This document shows, one piece after another, positions 37,244-50,306 of a stretch of DNA of 64,000 nucleotides (positions within the stretch are counted from its first letter, which is position 1; each line of letters opens with the position of its first letter). The notes under the pieces were generated by a model, which was given only the letters and a program-made list of their open reading frames with translations, was not told the origin of the DNA and did not search any database. The stretch covers positions 1-64,000 of the forward strand of contig CAJNYD010000464.1 of assembly GCA_905331295.1 (NCBI GenBank), written 5' to 3'. The translations under genes were made by a program, and so were the position numbers. The DNA is from Rotaria socialis (taxonomy: Eukaryota).

Positions 37244-39090
37244 TCATGTCTCATTTATTTCCAACTTGATACTTCTGGTTTTATAAAATACGAATGTTGT
37301 GTCTATCGTTAATATCACTATAGCTGTAACCAGATAGTAGGCCATCAGTCTCCCGGTTAAAATCTTCCAGCCGAGAGACTGCTCGGCAAATGCAGCTGCA
37401 AAGAATGATATCGTTATACTAAGCATTGTAATCGCTTCGTATATTGAATGTACTTTTGGTTTTTCTTCCGGTTTGTGAGATTTCATTAGCAATGCTGATG
37501 AGGCTACGTACCCAAAGTTCCATCCAATACCAACAAAAATCAAACCTACATTGAAAGAACTAATTGCCATATTACGTTGAAGTAATAGTGCTCCTATCAA
37601 TTGAGTAACAAGACCAGCAACCATAAGTAGTCGACTACCACACCAGTTACATAGAGTTCCAGAAAAAAACGATGGAACAAACATGCCTAATAGATGGCAT
37701 TCGATAGCTGTTATTACTTGACGAAAACTGTAACCAAAACCAGTCATCGCTAAAGGTGTAGCCGACATTTGAACAGACATTGATGACCATGATACGAAGC
37801 CAATAAAAATGGCAACAAGAAATGTTCGTTGACCAGCTATTACGAATATTGAACGGCCGTCTAGACCAGAGTTACTGTTTCTTGTCGTTGATGATGAACT
37901 CGGTATAAGTGCAGCATATTTTGTGCTCATGTCGGGAAACTGGATTATTGTCATAAGGAATAGAAGCAGCAGGAATTCGCCTAATGTTGCTATATAAGCC
38001 CCGCAGTATGGTTTTGACAACATGTTTACTGTATGTGTAGCAATTTCTGGCCTAGAGTAAAACCAAATTAGTATAGATAGAAATGCTTCTGACGATATCT
38101 ATCTGCTTCTATCAGTGCGACTACCGTTCATGGCGAAATAACACGAGTAAGATCTCAACATATTTATCACTGCAACTGAAGTACTTCTGATAGTGCACTT
38201 CAGTCGCTATATGCTTAATGACGATCGTTGGTAGTCTTATGTGCTTTTCAATGTGCTATTTATTCATTGTCAAAACTGCTGTGAGTCATGGTGGAACTAT
38301 CAAAAGAGCTTGCGAGAGGTAAGTTCCGTTTTAAGTAATGTCGGAGGTGAGAGTTTTCTCAACTTAAAATATATGAAGAATTTTAGTAGACATTCAATGA
38401 TCTATCTAATCAGAAATATTCAGTTATTTTGTGGTCTTTCCTAAAAATGAATAGATTTTTGCTCTGTTCGATGTACATATTTTGACAAACAAATAATTAT
38501 GGTAAGCATGAGCCTACCCGAGTATTGTAGAGAAACAACCGCCAGCTATGACCATTGCTATGGCTTTTGGAGCAAATTCTTGCGTCGAAAACTGCAATGC
38601 TACCAGACGATAGTACAATGTGCACGGCAATTGTCCACCTAAAAATCCAGAACTCACGATTAACAACCAATAGAGCTTATACCATGCTGCTACAATGCTT
38701 AGTCCAGCTCCGATGGAGCCCATAAGAGCACCAAAATAAAATGGTCGTCGGTATCCAAACCGAGCTATTGCACGGGGCAAAAATATAGATGAAACGGTAC
38801 CAATTAAAAGCATTACGCCGATAGGTATCGTCGCCAGATTTGAATCGGTAAAACTTTTAGCCGCCACTGTTGTCGTGCTTACTTGAATATAATTTATGGC
38901 TTGACCGAGACTCCATGAACATGACAATAGAAATACATTCCATAACATTTTCCGGAACAACGGATCAGTCCATCGAGCGTGAAGACCATTTAGCGACCAA
39001 AACGATGGTAATTGAACATCAGTTGGATTCTGTTGTTGTTGTTCAATATGAACTGATTCATCATGTCGTGGAATGCCAATTTTTGCGAGA
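37244..39090 (-). CDS. Bacterial-type MFS transporter (RfnT-like); exons ~39090-38518 and 38051-37244; start unresolved
   Basis: A 466-nt intron joins AIAMVIAGGCFSTILG to PEIA. HLLGMFVPSFFSG and GIGWNFGYVASS motifs; about 12 hydrophobic segments. Confidence 0.8.
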
Positions 39091-40825
39091 GCTGAATCAA
39101 AAGGACGTATTATTCAGATTATTCGAATAGCACAAAGAACAAAACTCTGATCATTTATTCAGAAATTTTAATAATAATCTTGATTATTCTTATCTATAGA
39201 ATCTGCATATTTTATTTTATACTCAATTTAGTATGTGATATTGTATTCTGTATTTTTCATTTACTGTTCGTTCGATTTCTAACGATGAAAATAAATCTTT
39301 GAAAACATGAATTTCTTACCTTAATAAACATTTTCTGATTAAAACTGTGAAATTTTTCATAATTGTTAACTAGTTTTTCAATTGCTGTTTAGAAACGCTG
39401 TTACTCTGCCATTTTAAGGATCATTGGCGACTTTTCATGTAATTTTTTATATTCAACGCCGCTCTACACCGAACATCCACATAAAAACAATCAAAAATCC
39501 GATATATCTGAACGAATAACAACGGTAAACATGCAAGATGCAGAGTGGGATGCTCACATTTGATATTTGTAAAAATGTTCTTCCTTTTAATATGACATTC
39601 CATATTTCAACGGTTGTATCCTCAAGTTAAGTCTCTGATATTGAAATATATAAAATGGTCAAGCTATAGTCCTTATTTCCATACTACTGAAACAGTATGA
39701 ATATGAAATTTTATCAACAAAATGAAGTTTAAAAGAATTCAAACATTACAATGTGAACTATATTAACATAGAATATATTCAAATGGACAAATGAGGTGCT
39801 TTGTTGGTTTGACATTTTGAATATCGGATTCTCGCCGTCACTCCACTCTCGTGGTTGAATGGATTATGTGAATTAGATACAGTTTTTAATGTAAGACAAG
39901 CTACATATGTAAAAACAATTTGAAACTCAATATTGATACTAAGCGAAAGTAGTCCATACGATGATTGAATTGTAAAATTTTAAGAAAATTACAATGACTC
40001 GTACATGTTTCCAGCTACCTAAAATTAAAGTGCCCGAACAGCTCGTAAAGCTCTTTAGGGAGATAAGAAACAATGGGTTCTTTTCTGGAGAAGTTTGCTA
40101 CATAATCCTATCATGAAGATTTTTAAGAAATCTGCGTTGGTTCTGACTATTTTTTCTATCGTTCATTCAACTTCTGAAACTTAACTATTTAAATCATGAA
40201 CAGCAGCACTGGATTCAACCACTCGTTGTCTTGTCGTATTAGTGTCTTTCAAACCTTCTATTTCACCACGTTTTAATGTTACTGCGTCTTGAGAGCGTAC
40301 ATTGTCACTGATGGATGCCATGATTGGTACTTCGTTCTGTGTATCACTGTACAATGTCGTAGGATGACATGATTCAATATTGATTACTATGGTGTTTTCA
40401 GAATTGCTACATTTATCTGCGACATCGGATTCGACGACTTGGTTCGTAGATATGTTCATCTAGAAATGAGATAGGAATGTGTTCATCGTCTTTTTTTCTA
40501 TTTTCTATCGCATGTACAAAAGAATTACCTCGTCTGCAGCAAAATGATTTCAGTTTCACATAAAGAAATGTGCTTAATAACGATGATAAAATGTTTGTTG
40601 TTGATTCTTGGATGCAGTACAACAATGAAGAATCATTTCGACCTCTTATCTCTTCTGTGTTTGCCTTGTATTCTAATGGTATACGTAAAATGATACTTTA
40701 TAAACATAAAAAAAACGCTGTGGTATCAGAAGACAACAAGATTAGAGTAGATTTAGTATCCTTACCTTTCGGTGTGGGGTGAGGATCAAATAAATGTGGA
40801 AACTTCGGATTTCATCCGAAAGTTA

Positions 40826-41305
40826 TGTGTACTGCAAAAAGTGCATGGGATATATGAGTCATTCTAGAATGTCTGAACACCAAAATTATCATGAGAAACT
40901 AGGCAATTTGATTTCTGGATGCAGTTTTTGTGCATTTTGAGACGTTTTTCAGGCGATGCTTCATCAGAAAGCTACGGTTTAGCTCAAAACCAATATCAGA
41001 TTCGGAATCAGCGTTAAAAACTGAGTCGATTTATACATGTTGTGAATAATTCTGAGAAAGATTTATTTTTTGAAAAAAATTCCCTGTACTCCTCCTCAGG
41101 GATGACCTGGTCAAAAATGACAATTTTTTCGATAACTCAACCATTTCTTGAGGGATTCTTCTCATCTTCGAACTCGACTGAGATATTCATGAGATTGAAC
41201 TGTGTGGAAAATTTCATCACGATCTGGCTCTCCTTTCGCAAGTTATCGTGCCTACGGCCGGACACACTGACCGGTTCTAGAGTGTACTCACTTTTTGAGT
41301 ACACA
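40826..41305. mobile_element. MITE-like element
   Basis: Left tgtgtactgcaaaaagtg versus right reverse complement tgtgtactcaaaaagtg; both carry an inner tctagaa. Confidence 0.55.
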
Positions 41306-43205
41306 AAAAGGATGGTTTGAAATGCTTTGCTTGAATGGTATAACTTGTAATGATGATGGTGAAATGTTTTCATTAGTAGTAAAAACAAATTTTTCTATTC
41401 GTTTATTTACGCATTTTTTTAGCTTGACAAATCAATATCATGTTGTTGTCGAATAAAACGTTTCTTATTAAGTATTAATAAATTGTTACCTTGAGGGTGT
41501 GGGTGTAGATTAGTTCATCAGGGCAATACCCGCACCAGCCCAACCGCCCACACTCAGAACATAACCCTGATTGATTTCCGGTTTGATCCATACTCTAGAT
41601 TTCTTGTCCAACTAAATGTTAGCATAGTTTTCTTTTAAAAGTATGCGAAAGACCAGAAAATTATACAATTGTATGAAAAAACAATTAGTTAATATTCACA
41701 GGCAATTAGCTGGTATATCATCTTCACTGCTCTTGATAGCTGAATGCAAATAACTAATTCGTTCATCAACGAACGACTTAAAAAAAGTATTTACACGATA
41801 ATACGATTCTACTCCTGTTTTTCATTTAAGCTTAATAGTATATGGAAAACTATTGCAGCTCTATATCTTACTCATCCGCTCGGTTGAAACAAAAGGCAAC
41901 CATGTATTAATGCGATCATTAGTAATGTTTAAGATACACCAAAATTAGTAACAGTGGCACTGTAATGCCATACAGGAAGTTTTCTTATCGTATGTATCAG
42001 TTGTATTGATACTCGTTTAAAAAAATGCGAATGAATATTTTTTGACAGAAACACGAATGAAAATTTAAGTTTTCGAAACTTTTCAATGAACATTTTTAGA
42101 ATCAAACCTATCTGGTACGGGTTTTAGAGTAAGTTTTCAATAATCCAGTAGAAATTTAAACTTTTAAGAAACGATCTTCATAGTGGGAAAGATTAAGATG
42201 AACAATATGTATTCTAGTCGATCCTCCAATAAAATTTCCTAGAAAAATCTGTAAAAAAAAGTACACTTTTATCCTTTGTTCCAAGGGGGACAAAGCTTAT
42301 TGCCGTCAAAGCAATCATGAATTTATTTCCTATTATAGGATGATTGCCATTGTGCCGCATAATGAAAACTAAATGCAGTATCAAATGCACCCAGAGCCCA
42401 TCGTCTGATACTCAAAAAACCGAAAGCAATCAATGACAATCTTCACCATCAAAAAATCAGCTTCTCTTCACAGATATTAATACCGATCTAAAACACGATT
42501 ATCATCTTGCTCCGTGACGACAACGAAAAGTGTACCGAGAAACAAACTGGTGATGAAAACACAGATAGCAATTAAAGACAATACTGAAATATTATGATGA
42601 TGATTGCAATATATTACTTTCAAACAGAAACTCATAATTGAATTGTGATGCTTACAACTCTGCAAAACGGGCGGTGTCAAATCGATCCACAAGATAGTCC
42701 TATTTCAAAATCGTTTCGTCACTGTCGCTGGGAATTTATGTTGTCTGCTTTAAGGCAATACACGGCTTGATACAAATGGACAATTTTCATGGACGCTTCA
42801 TCGTGTATTCAATGAAATAGGTCAATAGCCTTCCGATACCACGTCTCTCCTTCACGTTACAGCATAAAGTACCTGTGATCACTACGTCAGTCCAATCGGA
42901 AAGTGTCATTGTTTTCAAGATAGATTTATTTAATTTACCGAAAGCTACAAAACTGTAAAAAAATCTGTACCAGAGAGACAAACATAGTCCGTAGACGCGA
43001 GTTACTTGAAATATATGCATATTTAAAATAAAATTATTAATGCTCATGTTCTCTCTTTAAAAATTTAATGCAACATGTCTAATACAGACGATTCGAGAGA
43101 TGTGTTTGCTCTTGATTTTTTACGATTATTCTATGGTAAAACGACTTTGATACTTTGCCGACTGAGTTAATAGTCAACTGCTAGTTGTGTCTAAGTGATA
43201 AAATG

Positions 43206-43520
43206 TTAGGACATTGAAAACAAAACAAATCTTGTTGTTCTTACATGAAGTTGTGTTGAATCACAAAGAAGAACATGAGGTATGTCATTTTGCTTGATAA
43301 GCACTGATATTTCTATGAGAGTATGTAAGATAAACTCACGGTAAATATGAATCGATCGTATTAAAATCCTCACCAGTAAAGCCGAGAACAATACCCTCGA
43401 TATTCTGTTCATCGTTCAAATGTTGAGTTACTTTTAAAAAAGTTTGTTTCGATTCTTCAGTGACTATCTCGAATGATAATTCATTCATAATAATATCATT
43501 CACTCGCATGATTTCTTCTT
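43206..43520 (-). pseudogene. 3' fragment of an aspartate/glutamate racemase family gene with a 61-nt intron
   Basis: Spliced product RVNDIIMNEL...IEGIVLGFT|EISVLIKQNDIPHVLLCDSTQLHV resembles the racemase ILGCTE..DTT..H region. Intron 43373-43313; N-terminal half missing. Confidence 0.7.
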
Positions 43521-43956
43521 GAGGGTGTGAGTGTTTGCAACAGGATAACACCCACGCCCGACCAAGTATGCTTCATTTACTTGCCTGTATAATATGCAAT
43601 CGGTGTACATAGAAACGCATGTAAAATTTTTCGCGAAAAAATTCTTGCCAAAGATAGATTTCACTATTACTCATTAAAAATTACAATGAATATCCCGATT
43701 AATGGCAGTGTTTATTCCGGCGTAACTTTATTTAATGAGAAATGTGAAGCCTATATCCGCATCCGTACCCACGCCCACACCCTCAAAATAGGATTTATGC
43801 ATGCTGAGATAGTTGCCATTATTTTGGTTCACCCGGCATATATAAATATATGAAGAAGATGTCAACAAGATAAAGTCTATAAAACCTTTCTATATTTATA
43901 TAAATTGACACTAAAAACACTAAAAAAATTGCATTTGAATTGGTTCTGTTGTACAT

Positions 43957-44398
43957 TTATCGTTGCAATGTTAATATACAGCAATTGCCGGATACGATTT
44001 CCTTCTTATTTTTCTTATTTTTTAAATACGTAACGAACTTCAAATTTGCTCGTCCACATAAGCATTGTTCGCATCGTTTGGTCAGTTGAACTTGTTTGAC
44101 AACGATCCATTCCTTTTTTTTTGTTAAGAAATTGAATATAATCATTCGTTAAAAAAATTCTCGGACGCAGAACATCTTTTTCAATGATGCATACCTTCTG
44201 AATTGAGGGCCATGTTTTGGCGACACTTATTTTTAATAATTTTGACCGAAATTTTTCTCCAGTTTTATTTGCAAATAATGACTTCTTATCTGTTTGACTG
44301 ATTTTGCTTGTCCAAGATGAACCACGGAATCGATCATGCATTAATTCAGAGCGTTTAATGACAATTTTTAGCAATTTCGTTTTGAATCGACGAGTCAT
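43957..44398 (-). CDS. Small basic Cys-motif hypothetical protein (two exons, intron 44194-44113)
   Basis: Splicing joins KISVAKTWPSIQK to EWIVVKQ...CEQCLCGRANLK...N...IVSGNCCI in frame; the acceptor is A-rich and atypical. Confidence 0.5.
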
Positions 44399-44770
44399 AA
44401 TGTATCTAATATTGTGTCAGGACCTTCTAGGATTTCGTTTTCGCACCAATGTTAAACTATGCTAATCACCTATCACTTTGATATGTAGACGTAAACAATA
44501 ATCTCTTTTTTTTCTTTGAAGATTCGTTAGAGAGTATATCATATATCGAATAGAAATGGATCAATCAAACTTAGCAAGGTCAAATGTCGAATACAATGAA
44601 TGGGGCGAAGAGGGGGTAGCAGTTAAATCACACCCTTTCTATCGAAAACAGACAAGTAGAAAGCAAGATTATATGTCTGTCTTAGCAAAGATTAATCAAG
44701 AAGAAACAGAACAATACTTTGTTCGTTGAGTTTTTATTACTTTAATATAAAAAACAAACAACTTTAGCCC

Positions 44771-44925
44771 TTGCCCACCCTCCCCTTTCTCTTATTCTCT
44801 CTCCGTCTTGCCCCTTTCTCTTTTTCTCTCCATTTTGCCCCCTTTTCTTTTTCGTTCTCCCAGTTCGCCCCTTTCTCTTTTTCTCTCTCCGCGGCCCCCT
44901 ATTTCCCCCTGGCCCTTTCACCCCT
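44771..44925. repeat. Pyrimidine-rich tandem repeat (about 27-33-bp unit, ttgcccctttctctttttctctcc)
   Basis: Four to five degenerate copies; gives a spurious APFSFSL ORF. Confidence 0.75.
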
Positions 44926-46261
44926 CAAGGTCTATTATTTTCGTTCCTTCGTCATGCCAATATGCTGCATTTGTATAGTATGTACAGTTGATAAAAAGAT
45001 TCTACCTTGTTGAAGATATAGATAGTTCTTGGCACAGCTATGATTCAAAAATTTTCTTTTTGAATAAACAAAATCAGTTCACAACAAATAAACTTTTCTC
45101 CTAATTATAAAAAGGAAATTTATGTAAGACGAATATCTCACGCAGAATTGCGCATCTCCATAAAAGTGATAGTGGTGCGTCTTGTATTCGTTATCATGGA
45201 GATGTTCAGCGTTGATCTCAAGTATATTCTAGGATCCAAAATTATCGACACAACATCGGGTTTGCTCAACAAAGGCAAAACTTCAGTTTTTTTTCTTCTC
45301 TTTATTATTACTGTTCTCGTATAATGTCAGATTTAACTCATGTTCTAATATATAAGATGATGATCGAAATCAGCAATTACACAAGAACAAAATAGAAATT
45401 CTTCTTTTTCATTGAAACATAACTAAATTCATTTTAACGATAATGTCTTTTCATTTTATTCCTGTAGCACGAATAATGAAAGAAACTAAAGCATATTTTA
45501 AGGATTTTCACATTGAACGCTCACTCGTTGACATTACATTTACCTCTTAGATCATCCATGTTCTCTTCTCGGTGCTCTTCTCATTAAGAATCAATTCAAT
45601 CTAGTGAGAGAAAAAGCAAGGATAATATATAAAAGAAATAAAGCATGAAGGAATGCGCATTGAATAAAAGATATAGATAAGAGCAAAATGAGTCAAAGAA
45701 TATAACATGCCTCATCACCGACAGAAAGATGGATCCATACACATTATAAAGAGGACAGAAAAAAAATGAATCAGATTAAGACGAACAATACATCAAGTTA
45801 AAAAAAGTGCTCAAACACGACGGATAAACAACTTTGTGGGCGATATCGAAATGTTCAATCTATTTATTGTCCGATAAAATTTGCGAGAATGACGAAAAGT
45901 ACGAATGGTGAACAAAGGAGAAAGAAAGAAAGAAAATGATGAAAATTCAAGTTGTAATCGTCGAGAGAACGGATGAATATGATTATTGAAGAAACGTACA
46001 AGGACGAAAGCTTGAGAAAAATTTTCTGGAAGAATGTCGACCATGATCACTAATCTCGACAGGCAGAAACACAATTGAATGCAGAAAGAACGATGCATAA
46101 TCATGAGCGTGAAATGTCACGTACTAGAAAAAATTACTGATAACACACCGAGTGTCCAAATGAAAAAAAAGTGTGAGGAGATTGTGCAACAAGTTAAATT
46201 CAGAGTGACTTCTTGAAGAGAATGATACCATAGTCGACTGGCTGAAAATTCAAGTTGATCA

Positions 46262-47094
46262 ATGGAGGTGAGTTTGTCGAATTTAAACATACCTGCTGCA
46301 TGCTTACTATGCATAGAACAGAGATTCTATTTACAATTTTCTTATATTGCTATTGCAGGTTGTCGAAGTGCATTATTCAGCTGCATCGTACAGTCTGGTA
46401 TCAAAATAGATTTTTTTTTGTATATCAATTGTGCATATTTTTTATCAAGATTAATTATATTGTAGCTATACTATTTTTCTTACTTGAATATTGTCTTGGA
46501 TTTAAATATATGTTTCTTGGTTTAACAATAATCGAATAGATGAAATCGAAAAATAGTAATTTGGATTTTTTGTTGTGATCTAAACTCTTCCGATTTTCAT
46601 TAGCTTCAACGTTTCTCGATCAAAACTTCATTTTGTAGGAGGAGCAGATGACTCGTAGACCCAATGTGTGTTACCGATCAATATATGGAGCAATACAGTG
46701 CGTTCGTTACTTTTTTTTATTGCTTATTTCAACATGTGGCTTGTTTCGTAGCTTGTACGACATGCTTTCATTTATTGCTCAATATTTTATTGGTCATCAT
46801 CTTTTTGCACACGATTTTATTCATAAATACCCAGCAGATATTGTACTTATGCATCGATTATACGAAGTCGAACAAGGAAATACATTGACGGGTCAAATTA
46901 TCGATCAACTGTTAAGAAAACTTACGTTTCTCGAGAAAATTACCGTAATTGATCAGCTTTCATTTTGTTTTATTTCTTCTTATCTCGTTATTCTATTTTT
47001 TTTCTTAATAATTATGGTATTCAATGCATTTTCACATACTATCATTAAGCAAGTCATGCCCAAATTTGTTTTGCACTGTATTCCTCTTTACTGA
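46262..47094 (+). pseudogene. Possible degraded multi-pass membrane protein gene
   Basis: Hydrophobic ORF pieces with an internal stop at 46463 and an acceptor-like tttgtag before 46640; no family recognised. Confidence 0.3.
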
Positions 47095-47204
47095 TGATTT
47101 ACAACTATTTCGCTATCCAGTGATCAATCGTATCGTCCAAAAGAATCATTATCTTTCTTCCAGATAAATCATCCTGTTCGGCTAGCTTCACTCTGGTTCT
47201 TTCT

Positions 47205-47922
47205 AAACGAAAAATATAATTAGAGAATTTTAGATATTAAACAAATATATTCTAAACGGATCTCGAAATCACTTTTTCTATATAGCATGAACAGTTTATT
47301 TATATGTCGTCCTATCCTATTTTTATATCAAAACAGATATAAAACTTATTCAAGTGTAAAAAAACACTTATGGATTGAAAATAATACAACTGCTAAAATA
47401 TAGTTGGAAGAAGAAAACAATCAATCAGAAATTATTGAGACAATGTTAATTGATCCTGTTTTTCATAAGCCTACAAATGAAACTAGAAACCTGAAACTTG
47501 TTGATAAGATAAATAATAAAGCAAATTTTTGCACTCAATGAAAAGTAATCTTTCAAGAGAACTTTTCGTGAGAAAAACGATGGTCTCCTTGTTTTTGCCG
47601 TAAAATATCCTAGATTGTTCAATTATATTTTAATAATTAGTCATAAATCAAATAATTACCTAATAAAAACCTCATATCTTCATTTGATTGAAAATTATTT
47701 CTGCTTAGAAGAAATTATTCAGGATTAAGACTAGAAATACGGTCTGACGAGCGAATGAATCATCTGCAAATAATACTTCGAATAGTTCAATAATAGGCAT
47801 TTAAAATGAAAATCATTTCGTCATCTTATTTCAAGTGCAATCTCATGATATCAATAATGCTTATAGTTTATTCTCTACAATTACCAATAAATCAAATTAT
47901 ATCTATGTCACTGTGTTTAAAC
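47205..47922 (+). pseudogene. Truncated paralog of the 5' part of the PPR-DYW gene
   Basis: Collinear similarity to 10450-10615, 11350-11690 and 12250-12422 (shared ttattctctacaattaccaataaatcaaattatatctatg); lacks the MITE. Confidence 0.85.
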
Positions 47923-48233
47923 GATGTGGGTGAGCGTGAATTGTATTTCAGAGAACAGGCACGTACAGCTCGCCCTATAATTACGTAAATACATTACATA
48001 TTGTATTTTCTACAATAACTACAATTTTCTCGGAACGCGTACATTTGGCACATGTATACATTTAATATTTTCTCTATTGTTATCATCGTATCTGGTTTTT
48101 CTAATCTCGCATCATTTTTGTACATCTTCAATCAAATATGCAACATGAGCTTTTCAAAAATGATTTATTCTATTGCATAATATATTTCATTCATCCTTAC
48201 AAAGTTCAACTAAAAAGCCTATTATGACACAGT

Positions 48234-50306
48234 CTATTGTGGTCTCGACTTATTTAGCGATGCATGTCCATATTTTTCAAGCCATTTAAGTTCTTCTCGA
48301 ACTTTGATCTTTCCATGCCATGGATTGATAGTCAGGTCGTGTCCTTCGTTTGGAAAAAGTAATAATTTCACAGGAACACCAAGATAATGTAACCCGCGTT
48401 CTAACGTTACACTTTCAGACGGAGGAACACGTAGATCATTTGCACCACTAACTATATGTGTTGGCGTTTGGACGTAACCTAATTTAAACATAATCGATTC
48501 TTCATAATAGGTTTCCGGTATTTCCCACGGATATCCACCAATATAAGATGCAATATACAACGGCGTATCCATCGTACCCCATAAAGAAACATGCTCAACT
48601 GGTCCAGCACCGGATACAGCAGCATTAAACCGCGTTGTTTGGGTAATCAACCAGTTTGTTAAAAATCCACCATAACTAAAACCGCCAACAGTAAGTCTAT
48701 TTGGATCAGCGATGCCATCGGCAATTAAAGTATCAACGCCAGCAAGAATATCTCGTCCTGGTCGAGATAAAGGATGACCAATAAGTTCACTTAAAAATGC
48801 ATCGCCATATCCCGCCGAACCTCGATAATTAGGTTCCAAAACTAGCCAACCTTCAGTAGCTGCTAATGGAGCCCACGAATACCAATCTCCGATTAACATA
48901 TTGAGACTTGTAGCTGATGGACCTCCATGAATAAGTACAAATAATGGCAAATTTTTACATTCAAACTTTCCCGGTGGATAATGTAGAATTCCTTCGATTG
49001 TACGATCATCTTCACTATTAATCCATCGATATACTTTTGCTCGAGGTAGATTTCGTTCACGAAGAAGTTGATTTTCACAAGTAACAGCTTTCGCGACATA
49101 TAATTGATTGATATTTTCAACAAAATAAACCTCTAATGCGCTTTCAAATGATGAATGAGCAAATGCAATCGACAGTGAATGTGGTGATGTGGCCGAGGAA
49201 ATCAATTGATATGTTCCTTCCCATCCGTGCTGTAACATTACAAACTTTGATGATGACTGCTGTACATATATTTGAACATTGACTCCTAATTGTCCAAGTA
49301 TATAAACACCACCCTGTGGTCGAATTGTATAGCCTATAATATTTCCATTGAAGCCTTTTCCCCAATGTTCAGTCACTCCAGTTGTTAAATCGACCGAGCC
49401 TAATGCATTTTGTGTATCATTATATTTTCCACCAGTCGGTCCCATGGAACCTATTACAAAGAATAGATGTTTACCGTCGGGTGATAATTGCAGATTTTGT
49501 TCCATCATTTTGTTATCTGTTAATCTAGATAGTAAAGATACATTTCTGAGATCAAGTGCGTATATTTCGAAATCATGTGAATTTTCGACAAGCGTTGATA
49601 CGGATGTAAAGACAAGTTTATTTTCCGCTGGAACCAATAAGAGTTCACCAACTAGAAAATCGATATTGGTAATAGTCGTAATTTTCACAGATATTTTATG
49701 ATTTTTATTTTTAATATCAATACGATGGAGAGTAGTACTATCTGTCGGTTTTCGTTGTCGATATTGAACAACATCCTTCCATTCGTTTTGATTCGTCTTG
49801 TTGTCTTCTTGAGATGATGCTATTGAAATGAAATAAAGTGAATTATCATCATTGCCCCATACGATTGCCAGTGGGTTGTGGTTTCCGACTTCGATCAATA
49901 ACGTTTCTTCGGAAATAATATTATATAAATGAATATATTTTTCATTTTTCACCGGTCGAGAACGTTCGTTAATGTTGATTGGGTCTGTTTGTGAGCTTTC
50001 ATCGATTAAGTAATAAATCCAAGCACCACTCGGTGACCATTTTGGTTTGACATTGGGATAGAGTTGGTTAGTAATCAATTTTTTTTGTGTAGTTTCAGTT
50101 CGATAAAGCCACAATGCATCTTCATATCGATTCGATTCCCAAGCAGGACGCAAACTGTGAACTAATAAATAACCAGCATCAGGTGAAAGACTCAATGATT
50201 TATATTGGGTTGAATTAAGAAAATCATCAATTGTTAACTTTGGAAGTGTTTCTGTTGAAAAGCAATGGAAATATGCTACGACGAGCACTAATAAGTAACA
50301 CTTCAT
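48234..50306 (-). CDS. Secreted S9 family peptidase (dipeptidyl aminopeptidase / acylaminoacyl-peptidase type), 690 aa, intronless
   Basis: Signal peptide, SPD/WSP propeller repeats, IHGGP, PNYRGSAGYG, GFSYGG (Ser), DLRV (Asp), EGHD (His). Confidence 0.93.
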   Translation of the reverse strand: MKCYLLVLVVAYFHCFSTETLPKLTIDDFLNSTQYKSLSLSPDAGYLLVHSLRPAWESNRYEDALWLYRTETTQKKLITNQLYPNVKPKWSPSGAWIYYLIDESSQTDPININERSRPVKNEKYIHLYNIISEETLLIEVGNHNPLAIVWGNDDNSLYFISIASSQEDNKTNQNEWKDVVQYRQRKPTDSTTLHRIDIKNKNHKISVKITTITNIDFLVGELLLVPAENKLVFTSVSTLVENSHDFEIYALDLRNVSLLSRLTDNKMMEQNLQLSPDGKHLFFVIGSMGPTGGKYNDTQNALGSVDLTTGVTEHWGKGFNGNIIGYTIRPQGGVYILGQLGVNVQIYVQQSSSKFVMLQHGWEGTYQLISSATSPHSLSIAFAHSSFESALEVYFVENINQLYVAKAVTCENQLLRERNLPRAKVYRWINSEDDRTIEGILHYPPGKFECKNLPLFVLIHGGPSATSLNMLIGDWYSWAPLAATEGWLVLEPNYRGSAGYGDAFLSELIGHPLSRPGRDILAGVDTLIADGIADPNRLTVGGFSYGGFLTNWLITQTTRFNAAVSGAGPVEHVSLWGTMDTPLYIASYIGGYPWEIPETYYEESIMFKLGYVQTPTHIVSGANDLRVPPSESVTLERGLHYLGVPVKLLLFPNEGHDLTINPWHGKIKVREELKWLEKYGHASLNKSRPQ

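Noticed and set aside
41042..41388. ORFs of 92 and 83 aa
   Set aside because: They lie mostly within a MITE-like element; no domain evidence.
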